From contig JAEUJI010000182.1 in NCBI GenBank assembly GCA_016794805.1, positions 8,941 through 72,940 on the forward strand: a DNA stretch of 64,000 bases, written 5' to 3'. The DNA is from Gemmatimonadota bacterium. GTDB lineage: Bacteria > Gemmatimonadota > Gemmatimonadetes > Gemmatimonadales > GWC2-71-9. Positions within the stretch are counted from its first letter, which is position 1; each line of letters begins with the position of its first letter. The translations under genes and the position numbers were made by a program. Of this stretch, positions 1 through 11,654 are shown one piece after another. Under the pieces are notes generated by a model. The model made no database searches. It was given only the letters and a program-made list of their open reading frames with translations, and was not told the origin of the DNA.

Positions 1-1341
1 CGCGGTCACCAGCAGGGTGGCGTTGGCCCGCTCGGCGGCCGCGAGGATCCGGCCCAGGCAGGCGTCCACCGTCTCCACCGCCTTCAGCACCGCGGGGAGC
101 ACGCCCGTGTGGCCCACCATGTCCGCGTTGGCGAAGTTGCAGAGCATGAAATCGTGGCTCTTCCGGTCCAGCGCGCCCACCAGCTGGTCGGTGATGCCGG
201 CGGCGCTCATCTCCGGTGCGAGGTCGTAGGTCGCGACCTTCTGGGACGGGACCAGGGCCCGTTCCTCGCCCTTGTACGGCGGCTCGTAGCCGCCGTTGAA
301 GAAGTAGGTGACGTGCGGGTACTTCTCCGTTTCCGCGGTGCGCAGCTGGGTGCGGCCCTGGTCGGCGAGGACCTCGGCGACGATCCGGGCCATGCTGAAC
401 GGGGGAAAGGCCTGGGGCACCGGGAAGGTGCGGTCGTACTGCGTCATGGTGACCATCGCGAGCCGCGGCCGGTCCCGCACGTCGAAGCCGTCGAACCCCT
501 CGATCATCAGCGCCCGGACGATCTGCCGCATCCGGTCGCTGCGGTAGTTGAAGCAGAAGACGCCGTCCCCGTCCCGGAGGGGGGCGACGGGCGCGCCGCC
601 CTCGGTGAGGACGATCGGCTTCACGAACTCGTCGGTTTCCCCGCGGGCGAGGGCGGCCCGCACCGCCGCGACGGGATCGGTGGCGGCCAGCCCGATGCCG
701 CGGACCATCGCGTCGTAGGCCAGCCGGGTCCGCTCCCACCGGCGGTCGCGGTCCATGCCGAAGTACCGGCCCACCAGCGACGCGATCCGGGCCCGGCCCG
801 GCGCGAGGCGGGCGATGTCCGCCTGCAGCTGGCCCACCACCTGCGCGCCGATGGTCGGAAGGGTGTCGCGGCCGTCAAGGAAGCCGTGCACCGCGATGCG
901 GGGGACCTCCAGCCGCACACCCAGCTCGAGGCAGGCCAGCAGGTGCTGGTCGATCGCGTGCACCCCGCCGGGGCCCAGCAGGCCCACCAGGTGCAGGGTG
1001 CCCCCGCTCCGGCGCAGCGCCGCGCAGAGCGCGGTGAGGGGCTCCAGCTGGTAGAAGGCGCCGGAGCGGATGCTCTGCGAGATGCGGACGAGGTCCTGCG
1101 GCACCACCCGGCCGGCGCCGAGGTTCAGGTGGCCGACCTCGGAGTTCCCCATCTGGCCCTCGGGGAGACCCACCGCGAGTCCGCTCGCCTGCAGCAGGGT
1201 GCGCGGCTGGCTGGCCCAGAGTCCGTGCCAGACGGGCGTGTGCCCGAGTTCGATCGCGTTGCCCTCGCGGGCCTCGCGATACCCCCAGCCGTCCAGGACG
1301 ATCAGCGCCACCGGGCCCGACTGGGCGCGCGTGTTTGACAT
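1..1341 (-). CDS. gpmI: 2,3-bisphosphoglycerate-independent phosphoglycerate mutase (N-terminal part; 3' end lies beyond the window start)
   Basis: The minus-strand frame from ATG at 1341 reads MSNTRAQSGPVALIVLDGWGYREAREGNAIELGHTPVWHGLW...GLPEGQMGNSEVGHLNLGAGRVV...LHLVGLLGPGGVH. This is the characteristic iPGM N-terminus. The ORF is open at the window edge, so it is absent from the ORF track. Confidence 0.9.
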   Translation of the reverse strand, partial: MSNTRAQSGPVALIVLDGWGYREAREGNAIELGHTPVWHGLWASQPRTLLQASGLAVGLPEGQMGNSEVGHLNLGAGRVVPQDLVRISQSIRSGAFYQLEPLTALCAALRRSGGTLHLVGLLGPGGVHAIDQHLLACLELGVRLEVPRIAVHGFLDGRDTLPTIGAQVVGQLQADIARLAPGRARIASLVGRYFGMDRDRRWERTRLAYDAMVRGIGLAATDPVAAVRAALARGETDEFVKPIVLTEGGAPVAPLRDGDGVFCFNYRSDRMRQIVRALMIEGFDGFDVRDRPRLAMVTMTQYDRTFPVPQAFPPFSMARIVAEVLADQGRTQLRTAETEKYPHVTYFFNGGYEPPYKGEERALVPSQKVATYDLAPEMSAAGITDQLVGALDRKSHDFMLCNFANADMVGHTGVLPAVLKAVETVDACLGRILAAAERANATLLVTA

Positions 1342-1370
1342 GACTCTCCGGCGTCTCTACAATCGAAGGC

Positions 1371-2345
1371 GTGCAAGCCGCGCAAGAATCTAGCCCGCGC
1401 CGTTGGGTCCTACCAGCCTTGCTGCTGGCCCTCCTGGTGCACCACGTCGTGCCCGCCGCCGGTCAGGCCCCGCTCACGCTCACCCAGGAAGCCCGCTTCG
1501 CCAAGGCGCCCCGGGGCGCGGCGCTTGGCACCCTCCTGCCCGGGGCCGAAGTGCGGCCGGGCAAGAGTTCCGGCGGCCAGGTGGAAGTGGCGTTCGAGGG
1601 CTGGGTGCCCACCAGCGCGCTCGGGCCGTTTGCGCGCGACGGTTTCGACGCGGTGGTCAAGCGGAATGGCACCCAGCTCCGGCAGACTCCGGACGGCAGC
1701 GTGACCGCCAGGCTCTCGGCCAATGTCGGCTTCCTCAAGGGCGAGGCGCGCGGCAGCTGGACGAGGGTGAAGCGCAGCGCCTGGATCGACCAGAAGGCCC
1801 TGCCCGCCGCTGCGGCGCCTGTCACCAGCGGTCCGGACCAGGTGGTCGTTACCCGGACGTCCCCGCTCGCCGTGTCGAGCGGCGGGCCCCCGGCGGGAAG
1901 CGTGGACTCCGGGGTGACGGGGCGGGTGGTGGCCCGGTCCGGCGGCTGGACCCGGGTGCAGCTCGAGCTGTGGGTGCCGGACAGCGTGGTGCGGGGCATG
2001 GACGACCGGGTGCTCCGCGGCGTGAGCCAGGCCGAAGTCCGGGCCAACCCGTCGCGCTACATCGGGCAGGTGATCGAGTGGCGGCTCCAGTTCGTCGCCA
2101 TCCAGAAGGCCGATGAACTGCGGCCGGAGATTCCCCTCGGGCAGACCTATCTGCTGACCCGCGGCCCGCTGCCGGAACCTGGATTCGTGTACGTCGTAGT
2201 GCCGGCGAGCGCGGTGGTCCGGTTCGAGGGGTTCCCCGCGCTCAAGGAATTCACGGTCCGGGGAACGATCCGGTCCACCACGACCAAGTATCTGCCCACG
2301 CCGGTGCTGGAACTGGTGGACGTGGTCCAGGCGCCGGCCCCATGA
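1371..2345 (+). CDS. hypothetical secreted protein with three SH3b-like repeats
   Basis: 324-aa ORF with an N-terminal hydrophobic signal-like segment (WVLPALLLALLV). It has three repeats ending W(V/I)(P/D)xxxL (EGWVPTSAL, SAWIDQKAL, ELWVPDSVV). Codon usage looks coding-like. The start codon is uncertain (GTG at 1371). Confidence 0.6.
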   Translation: MQAAQESSPRRWVLPALLLALLVHHVVPAAGQAPLTLTQEARFAKAPRGAALGTLLPGAEVRPGKSSGGQVEVAFEGWVPTSALGPFARDGFDAVVKRNGTQLRQTPDGSVTARLSANVGFLKGEARGSWTRVKRSAWIDQKALPAAAAPVTSGPDQVVVTRTSPLAVSSGGPPAGSVDSGVTGRVVARSGGWTRVQLELWVPDSVVRGMDDRVLRGVSQAEVRANPSRYIGQVIEWRLQFVAIQKADELRPEIPLGQTYLLTRGPLPEPGFVYVVVPASAVVRFEGFPALKEFTVRGTIRSTTTKYLPTPVLELVDVVQAPAP

Positions 2346-2367
2346 GGCGGAAGGGCGGGAGGGCATC

Positions 2368-2720
2368 ATGAACGACCTGCTGCGGCAACGGCTGCTCCGG
2401 AAGCTCGAGACCCTGCCGGATGAACGGGCCTACCAGATCCTCGACTACATCGAGTTCCTGGAAAGCAAGTACGCCCAGCGCTCGGCGCCGGGCGGAATCC
2501 TCGCCAAGATCACCGAGACGGTCGAGGACACCATGCGGGCGGCGCGGCTCCCGGTGCAGGCCATCAGCGGCACCGCCACCGTGATGGACAGCGCGGGCCG
2601 CATCATGAAGGGACTGGCCGCCGCGGGCCAGGCCGTGGTGGATGAAGCGGTGAAGGTGGCGGGCAGTGCCACACCCAAGCCCGAAACCCCCGCTCCTCCC
2701 ACTCCCCCCGCGACACCCGG

Positions 2721-2724
<4 letters not shown>
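2368..2724 (+). CDS. small hypothetical protein with DUF2281-like N-terminal motif
   Basis: 118-aa ORF with GGGAGGG Shine-Dalgarno 5 nt upstream of the ATG. The N-terminus LRKLETLPDERAYQILDYIEFLESKY resembles the DUF2281 (antitoxin-like) motif. Its stop overlaps the start of the next gene (ATGA at 2721-2724). Confidence 0.65.
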
Positions 2725-5736
<3,012 letters not shown>

Positions 5737-5765
5737 TTCGCCGGACCGGCCGGGGCGGGCGCGCC

Positions 5766-7385
5766 GTGGTGCGCCCCCCCCGGTCCGGGAGCGGCGCGTG
5801 CCCCCTTACCCTTCACCGTCCGGCGCCCTTGCCAGAATCCCCCTCCCGCGAGCAGTGGGGCTCGCGCCTCGGACTGATCCTCGCCATGGCCGGCAACGCC
5901 GTCGGCCTGGGCAACTTCCTCCGCTTCCCGCGGCAGGCGGTCGCCAATGGCGGCGGCACCTTCATGATCCCCTATTTCATCGCCCTCCTCCTGGTGGGCA
6001 TCCCGCTCATGTGGGTGGAGTGGGGGATCGGGCGGCGCGGGGGCCAGGCGGGCCACGGCTCGCTGCCGGGCCAGTTCAGCACCCTGTGGAAGCACCCGGT
6101 GGCGAAGTACCTCGGCGTGATGGGGCTGTTCAACACGCTGATCGTGCTCATCTACTACTGCTACATCGAGTCCTGGACCCTGGCCTGGACCTTCTTCTCG
6201 GTGGCCGGATCGATGCGCGGCCTGGACGAGCAGGGAATGAAGCAGTTCCTGTACAGCTACCAGAACCTGAGCGATCCCTCCGTCCATGCCGTCTGGGTGC
6301 CGTTCCTGTTCTTCGCGGCGACCCTGGGACTCAACTTCTTCGTCGTCAGCAAGGGGATCTCGGCCGGCATCGAGCGGCTGGCCAAGATCGGAATGCCGAT
6401 CCTGTTCCTGTTCGCGGCGCTGCTGGTCATCCGGGTGCTCACGCTGCCACCCGCGGCCGCCTCGCCCTGGGAAGGGCTCAACTTCATGTACACCCCGGAC
6501 TGGGCGGCGCTGGCGCGGCCCTCGGTCTGGCTGGCCGCCGCGGGCCAGATCTTCTTCACCCTGTCGGTGGGGATGGGCACCCTCTCGGCGTACGCCTCCT
6601 ACCTCCGGAAGCACGATGACATCGCGCTCTCGGGGCTGGCCACCGCGGCCACCAACGAGACCGCGGAGGTGGTGCTGGGCGGGTCGCTCGCCATCCCGGC
6701 GGTGGTCACCTTCTTCGGGGTCGGCGCCGCGGTGACGATCGCGCAGGGCGGCGGGTTCGACCTGGGTTTCATCTCCATGCCGCTGGTCTTCAATCAGCTG
6801 CCCGGGGGCGCCTGGGTGGCCACCGCGGCGGGGGTGATGTGGTTCGGGCTGTTGTTCTTTGCCGGCATCACGTCGTCGGTCGCCATGGCCACCCCCGCGC
6901 TCTCCTTCATGGAGGAGAACTTCGGCTGGCGGCGGCAGAAATCGGTCGCCGTGATCGCCACCCTGGCGGTGACGCTCGGCGCGCTGCACATCCTGTACTA
7001 TCAGCGCGGCTTCCTCGACGAGTGGGACTACTGGGCGGGCACCTTCGGCCTGGTGGTGTGCGCCCTGCTCGAGGTGATCGTGTTCGTCTGGCTGTTCGGG
7101 CCGGACAACGCCGTGGCGGAGATCCGCCAGGGCGCGCGGATGTATCTGCCGCCCCGGCTGCTCCGCTTCGTGCTGACCTGGGTCACGCCGTTCTTCCTGC
7201 TGGTGCTGATGGGGTGGTGGACGGTGCAGGAGGCGATCCCGACGCTGCTGATGCGGGGCCGGGCGCCGGAGGAGGTGGCGGTGCGCTGGGCGTCGCGGGG
7301 GGTGATGGCGGCGCTCTTTGTCCTGCAGCTGTGGCTGATCCGGCTGGCCTGGCGCCGCCGCGCGGCGGAAGGGAGGCCCCTGTGA
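5766..7385 (+). CDS. sodium-dependent transporter, neurotransmitter:sodium symporter (NSS/SNF) family
   Basis: REQWGSRLGLILAMAGNAVGLGNFLRFP is the canonical NSS N-terminal signature, and there are about 11-12 TM segments. GTG 5766 lies inside the guaB terminator hairpin. An in-frame TTG at 5829 (giving MPESPSREQWGSR) is an equally plausible true start. Confidence 0.9.
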   Translation: MVRPPRSGSGACPLTLHRPAPLPESPSREQWGSRLGLILAMAGNAVGLGNFLRFPRQAVANGGGTFMIPYFIALLLVGIPLMWVEWGIGRRGGQAGHGSLPGQFSTLWKHPVAKYLGVMGLFNTLIVLIYYCYIESWTLAWTFFSVAGSMRGLDEQGMKQFLYSYQNLSDPSVHAVWVPFLFFAATLGLNFFVVSKGISAGIERLAKIGMPILFLFAALLVIRVLTLPPAAASPWEGLNFMYTPDWAALARPSVWLAAAGQIFFTLSVGMGTLSAYASYLRKHDDIALSGLATAATNETAEVVLGGSLAIPAVVTFFGVGAAVTIAQGGGFDLGFISMPLVFNQLPGGAWVATAAGVMWFGLLFFAGITSSVAMATPALSFMEENFGWRRQKSVAVIATLAVTLGALHILYYQRGFLDEWDYWAGTFGLVVCALLEVIVFVWLFGPDNAVAEIRQGARMYLPPRLLRFVLTWVTPFFLLVLMGWWTVQEAIPTLLMRGRAPEEVAVRWASRGVMAALFVLQLWLIRLAWRRRAAEGRPL

Positions 7386-7516
7386 CCGACAGGGCGCTGG
7401 CGTTCATGGTGTTCGCCTGGGCCTTCGTGCTCGGGCTGACGGGATGGTGTTTCTACCGGCTGCTCAAGGCGGACGTCGACGACGACCGCCTCCCGCCGCC
7501 GGGCACGTCGTTGTGA
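7382..7516 (+). CDS. small single-TM protein, MetS-like NSS transporter small subunit candidate
   Basis: GTG at 7382 overlaps the NSS stop codon (GTGA). It encodes VTDRALAFMVFAWAFVLGLTGWCFYRLLKADVDDDRLPPPGTSL (44 aa, one TM). In the ORF track it is hidden in the tail of a spurious 225-aa ORF. It is followed by a hairpin terminator. Confidence 0.55.
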   Translation: MTDRALAFMVFAWAFVLGLTGWCFYRLLKADVDDDRLPPPGTSL

Positions 7517-7536
7517 CCCGGCCGCGCGCGGCCGGG
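7517..7536 (+). terminator. GC hairpin immediately after the small-subunit ORF
   Basis: cccggccg-cgcg-cggccggg: perfect 8-bp stem with a 4-nt loop, starting 1 nt after the stop codon. No U-tract. Confidence 0.45.
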
Positions 7537-7589
7537 GGCGACTCGCTGTAGGCGGCACTCACTCCGTTACTCTCCCCTGGGAGTCGTAC

Positions 7590-9131
7590 ATGTCCCTCTT
7601 CCGCACCAAGTCCCTCGCCGAGCTGATGCCCGAGGAGGGCGATGGCGGCCTCCGGCGGGCGCTGACCGCCACCAACCTGGTCCTGCTCGGGATCGGCGCG
7701 ATCATCGGCGCCGGCATCTTCGTGCTCACGGGCACCGCGGCGGCCAACTACGCCGGCCCGGGCATCGTGCTGTCGTTCGTGCTGGCCGGCGCGGGCTGCC
7801 TCTTCGCCGGCCTGTGCTACGCCGAGTTCGCGTCCATGATCCCGGTGGCCGGGAGCGCGTACACCTACGGCTACGCCACCCTGGGCGAGTTCGTCGCCTG
7901 GATCATCGGCTGGGACCTGATCCTCGAGTACCTGTTCGCCGCCTCGACCGTCGCGGTGGGGTGGTCGGGCTACTTCACGGCATTCATGACCGAACTGGGC
8001 ATCACCCTGCCGCCGGAGTACACCGGGGCGCCGTTCGGGGTGGAGGGGACCCACACCCTGGTGCCGTCGCAGATCTGCGTGGATCCCGCCAGCGGCGGCG
8101 TGGCCATCGACGCGGTGAGCCGGACGCCGATCGCGATCGCCGACTGCGTGTCGAAGGGCTTCTCGATCATCCACGGCATCGTGAACGTGCCGGCGATGGT
8201 CCTGATCCTGGTCCTCACCGCGCTGCTGGTGGTGGGGATCCGGGAATCGGCCCGGTTCAACAACATCATCGTGTACGTGAAGGTGGCCATCGTCCTGCTG
8301 GTGATCGGCTTCGGCTTCCAGTACGTCAACACCGCCAACTGGACCCCGTTCATCCCGGAGAACACCGGGGAGTTCGGCAAGTTCGGCTGGAGCGGCGTGC
8401 TCCGCGGCGCCGGGGTGATCTTCTTCGCCTATATCGGCTTCGACGCGGTGTCCACGGCGGCGCAGGAAGCGAAGAACCCGCAGAAGGACCTGCCCATCGG
8501 CATCCTGGGCTCGCTCGCGGTCTGCACCGTGCTCTACATCCTGATGGCGCTGGTGATGACGGGCATCGCGCACTACACCGAGCTCAACGTGCCGCACCCG
8601 GTGTTCGTGGCCATCGAGAAGGCCGGCCCGAGCCTCAAGTGGCTGGGCTACCTGATCAATATCGGCGCCATCTCGGGCCTGGCCTCGGTGGTGCTGGTGA
8701 TGCTCATGGGCCAGCCGCGGATCTTCTACTCGATGGCCCGGGACGGCCTGCTGCCCGCGGTCTTCGGCAAGGTCCACCCCACCTTCAAGACCCCGTACAT
8801 CTCCACCATCATCACCGGCCTCGTGGCGGCGGTGATCGCGGGGATCTTCCCGATCGGCCTCCTGGGCGAGCTGGTCTCGATCGGCACCCTGCTGGCGTTC
8901 GTGATCGTCTGCGGCGGCATCATCGTCCTGCGGCGGGTCCAGCCGGGCCTGCACCGGCCCTTCCGGACACCGCTGGTCCCGCTCGTGCCGATCCTGGGCA
9001 TCCTGATCTGCGGCTACATGATGTACGGGCTGCCGGTGGATACCTGGCTCCGGCTGGGGATCTGGATGGCGCTGGGCCTGGCCATCTACTTCCTCTATGG
9101 CCGCAGTCATTCCAAGCTGAACACCCGGTAG
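7590..9131 (+). CDS. amino acid permease, APC superfamily (cationic amino acid transporter / YfnA-like)
   Basis: 513 aa. LVLLGIGAIIGAGIFVLTGTAA...YAEFASMIPVAGSAYTYGYATLGEFVAWIIGWDLILEY is typical of the CAT subfamily. Confidence 0.9.
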   Translation: MSLFRTKSLAELMPEEGDGGLRRALTATNLVLLGIGAIIGAGIFVLTGTAAANYAGPGIVLSFVLAGAGCLFAGLCYAEFASMIPVAGSAYTYGYATLGEFVAWIIGWDLILEYLFAASTVAVGWSGYFTAFMTELGITLPPEYTGAPFGVEGTHTLVPSQICVDPASGGVAIDAVSRTPIAIADCVSKGFSIIHGIVNVPAMVLILVLTALLVVGIRESARFNNIIVYVKVAIVLLVIGFGFQYVNTANWTPFIPENTGEFGKFGWSGVLRGAGVIFFAYIGFDAVSTAAQEAKNPQKDLPIGILGSLAVCTVLYILMALVMTGIAHYTELNVPHPVFVAIEKAGPSLKWLGYLINIGAISGLASVVLVMLMGQPRIFYSMARDGLLPAVFGKVHPTFKTPYISTIITGLVAAVIAGIFPIGLLGELVSIGTLLAFVIVCGGIIVLRRVQPGLHRPFRTPLVPLVPILGILICGYMMYGLPVDTWLRLGIWMALGLAIYFLYGRSHSKLNTR

Positions 9132-9152
9132 GGAGCCGCCCGCACGGGACCT

Positions 9153-9180
9153 GGGGGGCCAAGGCATGCCTTGGCCCCCC
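9153..9180 (+). terminator. perfect 13-bp-stem palindrome downstream of the permease gene
   Basis: ggggggccaaggc-at-gccttggcccccc, located 22 nt after the stop at 9131. Confidence 0.55.
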
Positions 9181-9222
9181 AACCCTTGGCCCTCCGGGGC
9201 CCCCGCCTTACCTTCCCGCCCC

Positions 9223-10245
9223 ATGTCGCCGTCCCTCTCGCCGGATCGCATCCGGCAGGCCCGGGCATTCGCCGCCGCGCTCACGCCGGGCCAGCGCATC
9301 TGCATCACCACGCACGTCAATCCCGACGGGGACGGGCTCGGCAGCGAGGCGGGGCTGGCCCACCTGCTCCAGGCCCAGGGCATCCACGCCGTGGTGACCA
9401 ATCCCTCTCCGACGCCGGAGCGCTATCACTTCCTGTTCGGCGGCCTCCCGGGCGTGGACCGGAGCCACGAGGCGGTGAAGGAACTACGCAAGGCGGACCT
9501 GATCCTGGTGCTCGACATCTCGGACGTCGGCCGGCTCGGGATGCTGAGCCAGACGGTCCAGGACCGGGGCGTGCCGGTCGCCTGCGTGGACCACCATGCC
9601 AGCGCCGGTCACCTGCCCGAGGGGCCGCGCTACGTCGATCCGGACGCCTCCGCCACCGGGGAGCTGATCTTCCAGCTGGCGCTGGCCAACGACTGGCCGC
9701 TCACGCCGGTCGCGGCGCGGGCACTGTACGTCGCGATCCTCACGGATACCGGGGCGTTCCGCTTCAGCAACACCCGGCCCTCGGTGCTCCGCACCGCGGC
9801 CGCGCTGCTCGAGACCGGGCTCGATCCGGAGCAGATCTACCTGGACGTCTACGCCAATGCCCCCGAGGGCCGGGCCCGGCTGCTGGCGGAGACGCTGCAG
9901 ACGATGGTCGTGGAGCCGGACGCGGGCCTGGCCTGGGTGACCGTGCCGCCGGGCGCCCTGGAGCGACTGGGTGCCACCGCGGACGACCTGGACGGCATCG
10001 TGGAAGTGCCGCGCACCATCGCCGGGGTGCGGATGGCGCTGCTCTTCCGGGAAATCGCCGCCGGCCGGGTCAAGGTCTCGCTCCGCTCCGTGGGGGAGGT
10101 GGACGTCAATGCCTTCGCCAAGCCGTTCGGCGGCGGCGGGCATACCAAGGCCTCCGGCCTCTCCCTGGAGGGCTCCCTGGCCGAGGTGCAGTCCCGGGTG
10201 CTCGGAGCCGCGCGTGAGTACCTTTCGGGGAACGGCAGCCGCTGA
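9223..10245 (+). CDS. nrnA: DHH/DHHA1 phosphoesterase (NrnA-type oligoribonuclease / pAp phosphatase)
   Basis: THVNPDGDGLGS (DHH motif I/II), VDHHAS, and the C-terminal GGGGHTKASG (DHHA1). The track ORF starts at ATG 9166, which lies in the loop of the upstream terminator palindrome. ATG 9223 is preferred. Confidence 0.85.
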   Translation: MSPSLSPDRIRQARAFAAALTPGQRICITTHVNPDGDGLGSEAGLAHLLQAQGIHAVVTNPSPTPERYHFLFGGLPGVDRSHEAVKELRKADLILVLDISDVGRLGMLSQTVQDRGVPVACVDHHASAGHLPEGPRYVDPDASATGELIFQLALANDWPLTPVAARALYVAILTDTGAFRFSNTRPSVLRTAAALLETGLDPEQIYLDVYANAPEGRARLLAETLQTMVVEPDAGLAWVTVPPGALERLGATADDLDGIVEVPRTIAGVRMALLFREIAAGRVKVSLRSVGEVDVNAFAKPFGGGGHTKASGLSLEGSLAEVQSRVLGAAREYLSGNGSR

Positions 10246-10279
10246 CCGGGCGGCCCGAACCAGGAACGCGACGCACCAG

Positions 10280-10531
10280 ATGACTACGCCTACTTCGGGT
10301 CCAGATCTCCTCGAGCGGATCGAACAGACCCTCGACACCCTTCGGCCCTATATCAGTTCGCATCGCGGCACCGTCGAGGTCGTGGACTTCGATGAGGTGC
10401 AGGGGCTGCTCCTGCTCCGGCTCGGCGGCACCTGCCACGGCTGCTCCGCCTCCACCATCACCCTCAAGCAGGGCATCGAGACCCGGCTCCGGCAGCTGGT
10501 GCCGGAAGTCCGCCAGGTCGAGGCCATCTAG
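10280..10531 (+). CDS. NifU-like (Nfu C-terminal domain) Fe-S cluster carrier
   Basis: The 83-aa tail of track ORF 9971..10531 reads LERIEQTLDTLRPYISSHRGTVEVVDFDE...LGGTCHGCSASTITLKQGIE, with the CxxC motif. Confidence 0.85.
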   Translation: MTTPTSGPDLLERIEQTLDTLRPYISSHRGTVEVVDFDEVQGLLLLRLGGTCHGCSASTITLKQGIETRLRQLVPEVRQVEAI

Positions 10532-10532
10532 C

Positions 10533-11654
10533 ATGACCGATTCGCTGTCCGCCCGCGTCGCCGCCGCCCTGGCGCGGGTCCGGAACCCCCGGCTGGAAAA
10601 CGACCTCTTCTCCGCCGGGATGATCCGCGACCTCGCCGTCACGGAGGACGGCAAGGTGTCCTTCACGTTCCTGCTCTCCCGCAACGACCCCGCGACGCTG
10701 GTGCGCGAGGCGCGCGCCGCGGTCCGCGCGGTCGACGGCGTGAACCCGCAGGAGCTGCGTATCAGCGTGGTGGACCCGGGCGGGCCGGCGGCCTCTACCC
10801 ATGCCCCCCCTGGTGCGCCGGCGGGCCCCGGCCCGGGCGGCGCCCCGCCCCCGGCCCCGGCCGCCGACTATCCCAACCTGGGCCGCATCATCGCGGTGTC
10901 CTCCGGCAAGGGCGGGGTGGGAAAGTCCACCGTCTCCGCCAACCTCGCGGTTGCGCTGGCCCGGAAGGGCCTGCGGGTCGGGTTGATGGACGGCGACGTG
11001 TACGGCCCCAACATCCCGCGGATGTTCGGCGTGTTCGAGAAGCCGCCGGTGGTGCAGGGGAAGATCCAGCCGCTGCAGGCCTACGGCGTCAAGCTGATGT
11101 CGCTGGGGTTCCTGGTGGACCGGGACGCGCCCGCCATCTGGCGCGGGCCGATCATCATGAAGATCGTGCAGCAGTTCCTGCGGGACGTGGAGTGGGGGGA
11201 ACTCGACTACTTCATCGTGGACCTGCCTCCCGGCACCGGCGACGCGCAGCTCTCGCTGGCACAATCCTGCCAGGTGGCGCAGGCGGTGATCGTGACCACG
11301 CCGCAGGAGGTGGCGGTAGGGGACGCGCTCCGCGGCGCCAGGATGTTCGAGAAGGTGAGCGTGCCGGTGGCGGGGATCGTGGAAAACATGGCGCCGTACA
11401 CCGACCCCGCCACCGGGGTGCGACTGGCGATGTTCGGCGAGGGGGGCGGCCAGCGGCTGGCGGAGGAGCTCAAGGTGCCGCTGCTCGGCAGCGTGCCGCT
11501 CCAGCCCGGCATCGCGGACCTCGCCGATCGCGGCAAGCCCATCGTGGCGGCCGACCCCGAGTCCGCCGCGGCCCGGGTGCTGACGGCCATCGCCGAGCGG
11601 CTGGTGGAAGTCGCCGGGGGCCGTTCGCTGGCGCTCCCGATCCTGCGCGGCTAG
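10533..11654 (+). CDS. Mrp/ApbC-family Fe-S cluster carrier ATPase
   Basis: N-terminal DUF59-like domain, then a Pro/Gly/Ala linker, then the deviant Walker A IIAVSSGKGGVGKSTVSANLA, DGDVYGPNIP and DLPPGTGD. Confidence 0.92.
   Translation: MTDSLSARVAAALARVRNPRLENDLFSAGMIRDLAVTEDGKVSFTFLLSRNDPATLVREARAAVRAVDGVNPQELRISVVDPGGPAASTHAPPGAPAGPGPGGAPPPAPAADYPNLGRIIAVSSGKGGVGKSTVSANLAVALARKGLRVGLMDGDVYGPNIPRMFGVFEKPPVVQGKIQPLQAYGVKLMSLGFLVDRDAPAIWRGPIIMKIVQQFLRDVEWGELDYFIVDLPPGTGDAQLSLAQSCQVAQAVIVTTPQEVAVGDALRGARMFEKVSVPVAGIVENMAPYTDPATGVRLAMFGEGGGQRLAEELKVPLLGSVPLQPGIADLADRGKPIVAADPESAAARVLTAIAERLVEVAGGRSLALPILRG

Noticed and set aside
109-1338. 409-aa plus-strand ORF covering the start of the window
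   Set aside because: It is antisense shadow of gpmI. Its composition is Arg/Gly/His/Pro-rich with no motifs, whereas the minus-strand frame gives an unmistakable iPGM N-terminus.
7464-9401. 645-aa minus-strand ORF and 527-aa plus-strand ORF (7814..9397)
   Set aside because: They are shadow frames of the CAT-type permease gene. Their composition is typical of high-GC non-coding frames.
11257-11270. TGGCACAATCCTGC sigma-54-like motif
   Set aside because: It lies inside the mrp coding sequence, and the GG-to-GC spacing is one nucleotide short of consensus.
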